A stretch of 37,138 nt of DNA. Source: a virus. Taxonomy: Duplodnaviria > Caudoviricetes. The notes beneath the pieces are model-generated. The model was not told where the DNA came from and did not search any database. It saw only the letters and a list, made by a program, of their open reading frames with translations. The stretch is from positions 1 to 37,138 of the IMG/VR virus record IMGVR_UViG_3300048762_000194. The stretch is one strand, 5' to 3'. Every line of letters begins with the position of its first letter. Position 1 is the stretch's first letter. Both the position numbers and the translations under genes were made by a program. Shown here in pieces: positions 24,731-33,987 of the stretch.

Positions 24731-25080
24731 TTGTGCTGATGTCCGAAAACCCACGTAGCCACACTGGCACCCGTCGCGCAGAGCAGTCCCCAGATCCGAG
24801 ACGCCCACATCTGGCCGTCCCGGAGCCGTCCTTCCCGCCACGACTCCAGCGATCCCAGGCGGGTGTCTTGCTGAGCCTGATGCAGCTCGTTTTTGAGCTG
24901 ATATTCCCTGAGCTGTCCAAACCCCTTTGACACCTCCGTGCGCAGCTCGCCGATCTGGTTTTCGATGCCAGACAGCGGCCCGGCCTGGGGCGCGGGCACT
25001 CTCGGTTTACGCACTCTCGGGGTTTGATGGCAGGTTTCGTCCACGCCGCAATTCTGCCCTGGCGCCATGGAGGGCGGCAT
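24727..25080 (-). CDS. Lysis-cassette protein, coiled coil plus C-terminal TM
   Basis: IENQIGELRTEV...QDTRLGSLESWR, then a hydrophobic helix; between tail and lysin genes. Confidence 0.55.
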   Translation of the reverse strand: MPPSMAPGQNCGVDETCHQTPRVRKPRVPAPQAGPLSGIENQIGELRTEVSKGFGQLREYQLKNELHQAQQDTRLGSLESWREGRLRDGQMWASRIWGLLCATGASVATWVFGHQHK

Positions 25081-25084
25081 GGCG

Positions 25085-25096
25085 TCGGGCGTACCG
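25085..25096 (-). promoter_or_regulatory. Late-region box CGGTACGCCCGA (copy 3)
   Basis: Exact 12-mer 4 nt before ATG 25080, which has no SD; embedded in a ggcgtc/gacgcc hairpin. Confidence 0.55.
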
Positions 25097-25114
25097 GACG
25101 CCGATCTGAGGCCT

Positions 25115-27427
25115 CTACACGAACGTCGTCACCTGGCTGCTCTGTTTGGCAGCCTGCTGGAGAAAGAGGCTCGCCATGTCGGGCTTGCGGTTATTGAGTG
25201 ACACGTCGCAGACCACTCCGCTCCCCGAATACGCCCACCGGATCCGCACTGGCATGAGCGGCTGATCCGCTGGCCGCCCCCCGCCCGCTTCGCCGCCCAG
25301 GCCGTGCACCCGCACAAACCCGTCCAACCCCACCGGTCGCTCATCATCGGCAATCGTGAGCGTGCTCTGGATTGCCGGCAGCCCGTTTGCCTGGAAATAC
25401 CCGGCCGCCACCGCCACCGCCGAGGGCCGGTCAATCACCAGGGGCTGGCTTACCACCTTGCGCCGCAGTCCGTACGTGGCGATACTGTCCGCCAGCGCGG
25501 CGGACAGCCCGAGCGAGGTGTCCGTCACGTCGACGTCCCACTCGTAATTGGCGCCCTCCCAGAAATTCCGCTGGCCAGATCCGCCCCCCACGCACTCCGT
25601 CGGCGGCCCACCCTGCACGGCCATCAGGCAGTCAAACGAGACCCCGCACGTCGAGTAGATCCGGATGAACGGCTGGATCTTGGCGTCCCCGCTCCCGATC
25701 GTGATGGTCGCCCACGCCGAATACCAACTCCCGTCCCCGGCCACCGAGTAGTGGTCGCTCTCCATCACCGCCCACAGCGACCCGTCCGACTGATACGCAT
25801 ACGCCCCAATCGTCACGTCGGCCGTGTCTCCCGTATCCGCCTGGATCCATGCGGAGAGCGAGTAGACGTGGAACGTCAGGCCAGCGAACGAAGCCTTGTC
25901 TCTCTGTTGGATCTCCTGCCACCCGCTCGAGACCGGATCGGCCTCCACGTGGATGCAGTATCCGCCCCGCAGCGGCGCCGGGCTGCTCTTCCGCGTCCAG
26001 TCCACCAAAGGCGCCACGCTGGTCGGGCCGCTTGGCTCGCTGTTCGGCCCGCTCTGCGTCACCAGCCACGAGGTCTGCGCCATCTGGCCGCGATACCAGA
26101 GCCCGGCATTGTCGACGAATACCCCGTCGTTGTCATTTGTCCCGCTGTGCGCTACGATCCGCAGCCTGGCCGCCACACACTCGGTAAAGCTGGATAGGTC
26201 CGCATCCCAGACCAGGCGCTGGTAAATCGTATCGGCGATGTAGGTCGGCAGGCTCGAGGGGTCAAACGGATTGCCCGAATACCCCACGCTCCCCAACACG
26301 CTCCCGCCCGAATCCAGAGCATCCACATAGACGCTGCACGTGGCCGCCGTCCCATCCGTCCCGCGCCGGATCCATACGCTCCCCTGCAGGGGTTTCGCCA
26401 GGTCAACCGAGACGAGCTGCTGCACCGTCTCCGTGTCCTGGTCCAACGAACACCAATATTTCCCCTCCTGCGGAAAAGCATTCCCCCCGCCGGTGTCGGA
26501 AACGCTCTTGAGGCTGGCGTCGTTCTGCAGCTCCCACGGAGCGCTCTCCGATGTCTCCGTAATCGACACCAGAAACCCGGAAACAATCGTAACCTGCGGG
26601 TCCTCAAACCCTGGGTTTTGCAGCAGGTTGCCGTCAGTCTCGGACGGCGCCACCGGATGTTCAAACCCGCCGTTGGCGCAAAGGTTCGGCTGCGCTGTCG
26701 GCCCCCCGGTGATGTGGATGCTGTTTACGATCTGCGTGCAGTCGATCGGCTGGTCAAACGCCGAGACTGTCCCGCCCACCACATAGTCGTATTTCCGGCT
26801 GGCCGCTCGGGGGCGCATGTAGATCCGGTTGACCGGGATCCGCCCGCTGCCCGCCGCTGTGTCCCAGCCCCAATACGCCATGTCGGGCGCCAGGGCGATC
26901 AGGCTGTCCATCGCCGCTGCCAGGCTGCTGCTTGACCAGTCCAGGATCTGACCTGGCTGCACATATGCCCCGGTCATCTGCAAATCCGAGAGAGCGCTCG
27001 CCTCGTTGGACTGCACGCAGTCGTTGTACAGGTCCGTGGCCACTGTCGCCAGGTCGGTTAGCTCCCCGTAGACGTATCGCCGGCCCACCAACCAGTCCAC
27101 GCATGCAGCCCGGTGTCCATACAGCGCCAGTTCCACTGTCTCAGGGATGGCTATCTTCGACGCTGGCAGGCGCACGTCGCCCCTGTAGAGCAAATTCGCC
27201 CCCGGGCCATCCCAGATATCGACTCGCTCATTCCCGGCGAAAGCGTAATCTTCCCACTCCGCCGAAAGCGTCACGTGTCCCTCGCCGAATCCCCCGGTCG
27301 ACACGATCTCCCAGTCAAGCCCCGTCACCTGGAAATCTGGCAGCCGCGCCCGCATCCACCCGCCCGATCCATCCGGCACGTAGAGACGCACGTCGAACTC
27401 CCGGCCACCAAGGACGGCGTTAACCAT
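25115..27427 (-). CDS. Tail hub / Tal-like protein with two inserted carbohydrate-binding-like domains
   Basis: 770 aa after Dit; NLCANGGFE and NLLQNPGFE (CBM4/9-like starts); SIATYGLR hub motif. Confidence 0.7.
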   Translation of the reverse strand: MVNAVLGGREFDVRLYVPDGSGGWMRARLPDFQVTGLDWEIVSTGGFGEGHVTLSAEWEDYAFAGNERVDIWDGPGANLLYRGDVRLPASKIAIPETVELALYGHRAACVDWLVGRRYVYGELTDLATVATDLYNDCVQSNEASALSDLQMTGAYVQPGQILDWSSSSLAAAMDSLIALAPDMAYWGWDTAAGSGRIPVNRIYMRPRAASRKYDYVVGGTVSAFDQPIDCTQIVNSIHITGGPTAQPNLCANGGFEHPVAPSETDGNLLQNPGFEDPQVTIVSGFLVSITETSESAPWELQNDASLKSVSDTGGGNAFPQEGKYWCSLDQDTETVQQLVSVDLAKPLQGSVWIRRGTDGTAATCSVYVDALDSGGSVLGSVGYSGNPFDPSSLPTYIADTIYQRLVWDADLSSFTECVAARLRIVAHSGTNDNDGVFVDNAGLWYRGQMAQTSWLVTQSGPNSEPSGPTSVAPLVDWTRKSSPAPLRGGYCIHVEADPVSSGWQEIQQRDKASFAGLTFHVYSLSAWIQADTGDTADVTIGAYAYQSDGSLWAVMESDHYSVAGDGSWYSAWATITIGSGDAKIQPFIRIYSTCGVSFDCLMAVQGGPPTECVGGGSGQRNFWEGANYEWDVDVTDTSLGLSAALADSIATYGLRRKVVSQPLVIDRPSAVAVAAGYFQANGLPAIQSTLTIADDERPVGLDGFVRVHGLGGEAGGGRPADQPLMPVRIRWAYSGSGVVCDVSLNNRKPDMASLFLQQAAKQSSQVTTFV

Positions 27428-27711
27428 CAGTCTTTATTCCACACAGCAGCCAGCCCATCAGGTTCGCCCGGCCCGAAGAACGACGCGATAACTTCGCCGT
27501 CTGGAAGGGTGAGCCACCCCAGAACCCGCTCTCCGGCCTGGTCCACGCTTCTCAGCCGCGCGTCCACGATCTCCCCGTCCGGACGCCGATACCGCCAGAT
27601 GTAGCCGACCAGCCCCCGCCGCAAATCCTCAGCCGTCACCGGGCCCGGCTCGATCTCCTTGCACCCCCCGGGGAAGTGCCAAACCTGCGCTCTGCTCTCG
27701 GTATCATCCAT
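27427..27711 (-). CDS. Hypothetical protein between Dit and hub
   Basis: GAGG RBS, 94 aa, TGATG coupling to the hub gene. Confidence 0.55.
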   Translation of the reverse strand: MDDTESRAQVWHFPGGCKEIEPGPVTAEDLRRGLVGYIWRYRRPDGEIVDARLRSVDQAGERVLGWLTLPDGEVIASFFGPGEPDGLAAVWNKD

Positions 27712-27721
27712 CCTCAGCCCC

Positions 27722-28666
27722 CTACAGCCACCGCCCCGCATACACCGCCCACACCCCGGTCGGCGCAAACCCTGTGTCGCTGATGGCAAACGAATTAGCC
27801 CCCGGCCGCAGCGACGGAAACTGCCCCTCAAATAACCCGAACCGGTCTGTTGCCGCGCTCATCACCGCCCCCGGGCCAGGAGTGCCGCTCGTTTCCGCCC
27901 GGCTAACTACTGTTTGCCCCAGCGCATCCACGATCAGATAGCCCGCTCCCGAGATTGGCCAGTCGCCGGCCAGGCTCACCACCTCATTTGTGGTCGAGTT
28001 GGTCCAGGTCCACGAAAACGCTGTCCCGAGCGTCTGATCTGCTCGCAGATACCACGCCGGCAGCGCAAACGCATTCCCGGTCGCCAGCACCCACGTGCCG
28101 GGCGTCCCGCCACTCATACACACCCACTCGGCGCCGGTCGCGTCCCAGCAGAAATCCCCGGTGGACCAGGTCCCGGTCGCCGGCGCTCCGCTCGTGGTAT
28201 CCGCCACGTGGTGCGTCCCGTCGCCCGGGCACACGTAGTGATACGCCAATCCGGAGTGCAGATCAGCGGTCGTAATATTCGACGTCGAATACGCGTATGG
28301 GTCCGCAGCGGTGAGTTTGAGTTCCATCGTCCCGAACAGGCCGTAGTAAGTCTCCCAGTTCGTCGGCGCCGACTCGAGTTGCACGTTCCGCCAGTATCGG
28401 TCGCTATCCAAATAGAAATTCGCCGGCCCGCTCATCAAGGCGAATTTCAGGGCGTCGATCGCATTCCGCACGGTGCCGGCCGTCACGTTTGGGATCGCTC
28501 CTGACGTGAACCCCCCGGACAACGTCCAGGAACGGGGCTTGCGCTGCGCTCGCAGCCACGCCCCGCCCTGCCCCCGCGGGATCTGCGTCACCGGCACGAT
28601 CAGCTCGTCGGTGTCCATCGTGCAGCTCCAGCCGGTCGGAAATGTATAGCTCCCGAAAACCATCAC
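27722..28666 (-). CDS. Distal tail protein (Dit) with small insertion
   Basis: Follows the tape measure; LTAADPYAY, GNA.ALP, FPSLRPGAN; insert SGAPATGTWSTGD...WVC..GGTPGTW. Confidence 0.75.
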   Translation of the reverse strand: MMVFGSYTFPTGWSCTMDTDELIVPVTQIPRGQGGAWLRAQRKPRSWTLSGGFTSGAIPNVTAGTVRNAIDALKFALMSGPANFYLDSDRYWRNVQLESAPTNWETYYGLFGTMELKLTAADPYAYSTSNITTADLHSGLAYHYVCPGDGTHHVADTTSGAPATGTWSTGDFCWDATGAEWVCMSGGTPGTWVLATGNAFALPAWYLRADQTLGTAFSWTWTNSTTNEVVSLAGDWPISGAGYLIVDALGQTVVSRAETSGTPGPGAVMSAATDRFGLFEGQFPSLRPGANSFAISDTGFAPTGVWAVYAGRWL

Positions 28667-28857
28667 CGTCCTCGCTTGGCGTGCGCCTTGGCTCGCTTCT
28701 TACCCCGCCGGGCCTTCTGCTCGGATGGAGAGGGCTTCGCCTGCGATTTGTGCTTAGACCGTCCTCCGGCTGCCACTGCCGCCGCCCTCGGTTCGAGCGC
28801 CAGTCCGGCCGCCAGAAGCCCGAGCATTGCCAATTGCCCCTGTTTCATCGCTCTCAC
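28663..28857 (-). CDS. Small basic protein
   Basis: AGGAG RBS; hydrophobic N-terminus and Lys/Arg-rich tail; overlaps the Dit start. Confidence 0.4.
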   Translation of the reverse strand: MRAMKQGQLAMLGLLAAGLALEPRAAAVAAGGRSKHKSQAKPSPSEQKARRGKKRAKAHAKRGR

Positions 28858-28880
28858 TCCTCACTTCTCTCCACTCACTC

Positions 28881-31800
28881 CTACCCCGTCCTCATTCTAA
28901 GCTGCGCGTTAACCGACTTCGCCACCATGTTGCCGAGGTGCTCAATCGACCGGGCGTCCGGGAAGAAGGCGCCCTGAGCGTTAACGTGCACCGTCACGCT
29001 CTGCGACGGTCGCTCGATGATCGGAGCGCTGGGGCCGTGGCTGCCGCCGCCCCCGAACAGTCCGGACAGCAGGTCCAGCCCCATCGATGCCACTCCGCCC
29101 CATGGCCCGAGACCCTTGGTAAGTCCGCCCAGCAGCCCCCCGAGTGGCCCTTGCCCCCCGGCGCCACCCAGGATCTCCTGCATGATCCCGCCCAATATCC
29201 CGTCCTTGTGCGAGCCGGACATGATCTCCTGGAGCGCCGGTTTCAGTATCCCGGTCGATGATGCGCCCCCGGCGCCTGTCCCACCGAATATTTTCAGGAG
29301 AGCACCCTGCCAGCCGCCCTGGCCGTTCGGCGCCGTCGCCTGCGGAGACAGATCCCCCATCGAGTCCATCATGGCCGCGACTGGGTCCGTTCGGCCCTTC
29401 CGGTTTGCCTCGTATGGGGCCATTTGGCCCTGTGGCTGATACCGCCCGCCCATCCAGCCCATGCCCGACGCCGTGATCGCTGCAACGGACGCCAGCGCCG
29501 CCGCGACGGGCCCCTTCGATTCCGGGATTTTCCGGTCCGTCATCCAGCTCATGTCCGGGGCCCCAGCGCTCGCATACCGGCCCGTCGCCATCCACGCCAT
29601 GCCCCGGTCGGCCGACAGCGTCACCGTCATCTTGGCAAACGTCGCCGCCAGCGCATCCGCATCCTCTTTGAGCCTCTTCTGCGCCTCTTCTCGCTCATGC
29701 TCGACCCGGACAATCTCATCCAGCGTGCTCTGATAGTCCGCCTCGTGGCCCGCGCCCGCATTCTTCTGCCGGCCGGCCGTCTCGTAGAGCTTGGCGAGCT
29801 GCGTGCTCAGTCCATCGATCTTGACCGCCTCAGCGCTGAGCACTCCCTGGCTCGGCGTCCCGCCCGACACCCCGAATTGCCGCCGGGCCTCATGGTTCCG
29901 GGCGTTCGGCACCGGCTTGCTCCAGTCATACTGCAGTCCAGCCCACACCCCGGACAGGATCGGCGGCATGGCAGCCGCTATCTGAGCGTTCATATCGCGC
30001 ACGGCCGCCATCAGAGCCGGTGTCCCCGCCCGGATCCCCGCCGCCAGCGTCGTCGGAATCGCCATTCCGGACGCAGTCAGCCGCGACAGAGGCCCGGTCT
30101 TGGCATCAGAGTGCGGGAGGTATTTGTCGATGTCCGAGACCATGCCCTTGACGGCGTTGACCGGAGCCATCGCTGCCGACTTGACCCCATCAGCGAAGCT
30201 CTTCATCATGCCCCGGCCGGCAGCCATCAGCCGCGAGCCGTAGCCGGTCACGTAATCCACCAACGCCTGCAGCGCGTCCGCGAAAGCTGTCTTGATGTCT
30301 TCCCACACCGCCTTACAGCCATTGAGCCAGGTCTGTCCGGCCCGGTCCCAATGCCCTGTCAGCAAATCGAGCGCCACCCCGAACAGCGTCTTGATACTAT
30401 CCCAGGCCACCTGCAAAACCATCTTGATCCCGTCCCACACGATGCGGCACGTGGTTTTGATCGTCTCCCAGACGTTCGAAACTGCTGGCCCGAGGATGGC
30501 CCCCGCTACCCGGAAAATAGTCGTTATGCTGGCCCATGCAACCTGAAGCACACCCTTGATGGCATCCCAGGAGAGGCGCGTCCACAGCTTGATCGCGTCC
30601 CACACATCCAGGACGATCTCCTTGATCTGTCGCCACTCATCCTCATGCCCCTTGATGAGCGCAGCCCCGGCCGCAAACCACTCTTTCGTAATCCACGCCC
30701 ACGCCGCCGGAATGGCCCCCTTGATCCAGTCGAGTGTTGCCGCGGTATGCTCCCGTATGTGTCCGAAGTCTGTTTTCCACGCCAGCGCAAACCCTGCGAC
30801 CAACGCCACCCCGGCCGCAATCGCGAGCGTTACCGGCCCGCCCAGCGCAGCCACGATCAGCCCCAGAGCCTCACCGGCCGTCGCCGCCCCACCGGCCCAA
30901 GCGCTGAAGGCGAACACTATTTCTCCAATCGTCGATGTTACCGCTGCTACGACAGGCCCCAGCTTCGACACCCACGCGACCACTGTCATCACCGGCCCGA
31001 CGAGCTTGAGGAATGCGCCTGCTCCCAACAGCACGCCCCCGGCGATGGCCAGCACGTCCACGATGGTTTTCTTCGTCCCGGGCGAGAGGTTGTTAAACGC
31101 TGCCAGAAGCTCGGTGACCCGCGCTATGATCGGCGTAATGGCTGGTAGGAGCTGCGTCCCCAGGCTGATCGCCAGGGCGTCGAAGGATGCCTTGAGCTTC
31201 TCCAATTTCTCCGCGGGCGTCTTTTCGGCCGCAGCGACCGACGCATCGAGCGACCCCGTGCCCTTATTGATCGCATCGAGCCGGCTCTTCACCCCGTCGA
31301 GATGTTGCAAGAGGAGCTGCGCAGCGCCGCCCGATCTCCCGCCCCCGAATATGGAGAGTACCACGCTGGCTTGCTGCGTCGCGCTCAGATGAGCGGCGTC
31401 AAGGTGCGTCTTGAGCGCCTGTAGCGCCCCCACCAGGCCTTCCGGGCTGCGCATCTTCTCAGCCAGGTCCATTGCGCCCAGGCCGATGCTGCTCAGCGCT
31501 GCTTTGGCCCCCTTACTTGGTTTCTCCAGCAAGGCAAACGTCATCCCAAGCCGGCTCGCCCCTTCCTGGCCGCCCATGCTCTGAGAGCTCAATGTCGCCA
31601 ACGCCGCCGCCATCTGGTTAAACGTCAACCCGGCCGCCTGGCCCTTCGCCAGTAGCCCGGTCGAGATCGCAGCATTCAGGTCCGTCATGCGCAAGTTTGC
31701 GACGCCCACCGCAGCATTCATCGCTCCCGCGGCCTGGCCGGCGTTTTTGAACTCCGAGAACCCTGCCGCCAGCACTCCAGCCAGGGCGTTCGTTGTGCCT

Positions 31801-32258
31801 TCCAGGTCGGAAAGCCCGACCTTGCTGAGTTTCGCAGCCGCGGCCAGGGCCTCAAGTTGTTTGTTGGCTGGAACGCCCACCGAGACGAGGTGATAGAGAC
31901 CGTCCGCCAGCCCGGTGGGCGACGCACCCAATTCCCCGGCCATCTTGAGCACAGATTGTGAAAGCTGATCTGTCCGCTCCTGCGTCACTCCCGCCTGCGT
32001 CGTGAGCAACTCCATCCGCTGGTTGAACTTGACGGCCTGGTTGACCGCCATCCCCAGCCCGGCCGCAATCGCCCCGCCAGCCACCATCATCCCGGTGCCC
32101 ATGCCCGAGAGATGACCGGAGACAGCCTTCGCCTTCGCCTCTGCCTCCCCGGCAAACGTGTTCAGCCCGACCGTGGCCTTCTCCAACCCGGTGAAAAACT
32201 GCCCGGTCTGGAGCGTTAGGTATGCAGCGATTGTCCCGAGGGAAACTTCACCCGCCAT
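28881..32258 (-). CDS. Tape measure protein
   Basis: 1125 aa, Ala/Gly-rich; TP901-like core (ADGLYHLVSVG), 11-residue Trp repeats, LPHSDAKTGPLS. Confidence 0.95.
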   Translation of the reverse strand: MAGEVSLGTIAAYLTLQTGQFFTGLEKATVGLNTFAGEAEAKAKAVSGHLSGMGTGMMVAGGAIAAGLGMAVNQAVKFNQRMELLTTQAGVTQERTDQLSQSVLKMAGELGASPTGLADGLYHLVSVGVPANKQLEALAAAAKLSKVGLSDLEGTTNALAGVLAAGFSEFKNAGQAAGAMNAAVGVANLRMTDLNAAISTGLLAKGQAAGLTFNQMAAALATLSSQSMGGQEGASRLGMTFALLEKPSKGAKAALSSIGLGAMDLAEKMRSPEGLVGALQALKTHLDAAHLSATQQASVVLSIFGGGRSGGAAQLLLQHLDGVKSRLDAINKGTGSLDASVAAAEKTPAEKLEKLKASFDALAISLGTQLLPAITPIIARVTELLAAFNNLSPGTKKTIVDVLAIAGGVLLGAGAFLKLVGPVMTVVAWVSKLGPVVAAVTSTIGEIVFAFSAWAGGAATAGEALGLIVAALGGPVTLAIAAGVALVAGFALAWKTDFGHIREHTAATLDWIKGAIPAAWAWITKEWFAAGAALIKGHEDEWRQIKEIVLDVWDAIKLWTRLSWDAIKGVLQVAWASITTIFRVAGAILGPAVSNVWETIKTTCRIVWDGIKMVLQVAWDSIKTLFGVALDLLTGHWDRAGQTWLNGCKAVWEDIKTAFADALQALVDYVTGYGSRLMAAGRGMMKSFADGVKSAAMAPVNAVKGMVSDIDKYLPHSDAKTGPLSRLTASGMAIPTTLAAGIRAGTPALMAAVRDMNAQIAAAMPPILSGVWAGLQYDWSKPVPNARNHEARRQFGVSGGTPSQGVLSAEAVKIDGLSTQLAKLYETAGRQKNAGAGHEADYQSTLDEIVRVEHEREEAQKRLKEDADALAATFAKMTVTLSADRGMAWMATGRYASAGAPDMSWMTDRKIPESKGPVAAALASVAAITASGMGWMGGRYQPQGQMAPYEANRKGRTDPVAAMMDSMGDLSPQATAPNGQGGWQGALLKIFGGTGAGGASSTGILKPALQEIMSGSHKDGILGGIMQEILGGAGGQGPLGGLLGGLTKGLGPWGGVASMGLDLLSGLFGGGGSHGPSAPIIERPSQSVTVHVNAQGAFFPDARSIEHLGNMVAKSVNAQLRMRTG

Positions 32259-32319
32259 CCGTGGCCGTCCCTATCTGTCCTCACACCAAAGCGCCCACGT
32301 GGACGCCCCCCGTTAGCAT

Positions 32320-32511
32320 TTATGCCGGGCTGACGTACTGCACGCGGGCGCTTTTCTTTGGCTCAAACAACGTCGCAGGCGCCCCCGGCAGCTTACTCAC
32401 ATACCGAAGCCGGGCCTGCAATTTGTGTTCCGGGATGTCTAACCAGTCTTCGCCGAATCGTTCTCGGATGATGCACTCAATCGATGTGCAGTCATCCTCG
32501 CCGAGTTTGGG
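32320..32511 (-). CDS. -1 frameshift extension of the tail assembly chaperone (gpGT-like)
   Basis: In-phase slippery C CCA AAC at 32511-32505. The -1 frame is open to TAA at 32320 (PKLGEDDCTSIECIIRERFGEDWLDIPEHKLQARLRY...QYVSPA). Confidence 0.75.
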   Translation of the reverse strand, partial: PKLGEDDCTSIECIIRERFGEDWLDIPEHKLQARLRYVSKLPGAPATLFEPKKSARVQYVSPA

Positions 32512-32957
32512 TCGGCGGTCCGGTCCATCGGCGAAAGCTCGGGGAACGCCATCTTTATCAGCGGCGTAACGTCCGCAACGTCTATCCGATCGTCCATCTC
32601 ATCCCGCGTCATCTGCCGCACGCCGCCAGGGCTGTGCGGGTCTGGCAAGACCAGGTAGGGCTGCACAGAGTCCAGCAGGGCATCTTCCCCGTCGCCCTCG
32701 GGCGGATGCTCCATCAGCAGCTCCGCGTTCTTTCGCAGGTTCAGGCGCTGCCTGCGGGTGCCAATCCGGACGCCCACCAGGAAGCCGCGCGGCTTACACC
32801 ACTCCACCCCACAGGCCTGGTCAAACGTCAGCGCCGGCTCATCCGGCAACTTGATGTCGCTGAAGTCGGTCGACAGCCCATCTCGGGCCTCAAACTGTGG
32901 CTTGTTCCCCGGCCGGCCCCCGTCCGGACGCTCAGCCGTGATCCCCGTCTTTCTCAT
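32439..32957 (-). CDS. Tail assembly chaperone (gpG-like)
   Basis: AGGAG RBS; between tube and tape measure; DPN slippery motif near the end. Confidence 0.75.
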   Translation of the reverse strand: MRKTGITAERPDGGRPGNKPQFEARDGLSTDFSDIKLPDEPALTFDQACGVEWCKPRGFLVGVRIGTRRQRLNLRKNAELLMEHPPEGDGEDALLDSVQPYLVLPDPHSPGGVRQMTRDEMDDRIDVADVTPLIKMAFPELSPMDRTADPNSARMTAHRLSASSENDSAKTG

Positions 32958-33060
32958 GTCTGTGTTCTCCTGGACTAAGCCGGCAGGCGGAAGGTCCAGG
33001 TCTCCCACCCACCGGCGGCTTCTGCCCGGGCTCCCGGGCCATCTGTCACCCGCGCAGCCC

Positions 33061-33882
33061 TTACGGCGCTACGGCGGTCACCTCGCTCGAGTACGCGCTG
33101 TAGCCCGAACCGGTCTCAGCGACCACCACGTAGTAGTAATGCACCCCCGTCGTGCCCTTGTTGACGAATTCCAGGCTCGCGGTCGCTCCCACCCACACGT
33201 AGCCCGCTCCGGAGGAGAGGCTGCGATACACCGAGTAGATATTCGCGCTCGCTACCGTGGCCCAAGCCAGGTCGATCAGACCGGATGCTCCCGCGCCCGC
33301 CGTGGCCGTCACACTGCCCGGCGCCGCTGGCGTCGACGGACTGTCGCTGGTCTGGTCTCCGACGAGCGAGATGTCGAGCAGCGCCCCGCCGTTCGCCGGA
33401 TCCCCGTAGCATTTGAAACTCGGATCCTGCACAACAAAGTCTTCGGGCTTGAGGCTCAGCGACCACTGCTCACTGACGCACTTGTAGATCGTCCCGATGA
33501 TCTCCGACGCCGCATCGTTTCGGCTGTGCACCTGGATGGCGAACGCGGTCGGCCGGATGTTGACGGACGTGATGGACAGAGTCGTCCGCCCGGTCCCGCT
33601 GTCGTAGTTCTGGCTGCCGCCGACCAGGATCTGCAGCGCCCGCCCCCGGATCTGAGCGACCTTGGCTTTGACCGAAACCTCAGACGCCACGCTCCCCACG
33701 GCGGCAGCGGTCCGGTAGAGCGGGTCGCGCAGCTCCTTGAGCGTGTGCTTCGTGTCGAGCGTGAAATCTTGCAACGCCCCGAACGGGACATCGTAGACAC
33801 TCGAACCCGGCGCCTTCCCCCACATCGTCCCGAGCGCCAGCACTACATCGGAGCTCTCGCTGTTCAACAGATTCGGATCCAT
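33061..33882 (-). CDS. Major tail tube protein with one C-terminal Fn3 domain
   Basis: Canonical position (terminator-tube-chaperone-TMP); beta-rich tube domain, then PAAPGSVTAT...W...YSVYRS...YYYVV Fn3. Confidence 0.8.
   Translation of the reverse strand: MDPNLLNSESSDVVLALGTMWGKAPGSSVYDVPFGALQDFTLDTKHTLKELRDPLYRTAAAVGSVASEVSVKAKVAQIRGRALQILVGGSQNYDSGTGRTTLSITSVNIRPTAFAIQVHSRNDAASEIIGTIYKCVSEQWSLSLKPEDFVVQDPSFKCYGDPANGGALLDISLVGDQTSDSPSTPAAPGSVTATAGAGASGLIDLAWATVASANIYSVYRSLSSGAGYVWVGATASLEFVNKGTTGVHYYYVVVAETGSGYSAYSSEVTAVAP
33660..33826. repeat. 167-bp perfect direct repeat shared by the two tube paralogs
   Basis: 33660-33786 equals 37012-37138 and 33751-33826 equals 1-76; the copies are 3352 bp apart. 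Confidence 0.95.
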
Positions 33883-33915
33883 CTAACTGTCCCTTCCTTG
33901 GGATTCCGGTCTCCC

Positions 33916-33970
33916 GGCGCTCCGTCCCTGGAGCAAAACTTGTGCTGGGAGCGCCAATCTCCTGATTGGC
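33916..33970 (-). promoter_or_regulatory. Structured leader of the tube gene
   Basis: Hairpins gccaatc-AGGA-gattggc and gctcc-AGGGAC-ggagc, with a competing ggcgctcc/ggagcgcc pairing. Confidence 0.4.
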
Positions 33971-33987
33971 TTCCCCCCTAAACGGCC

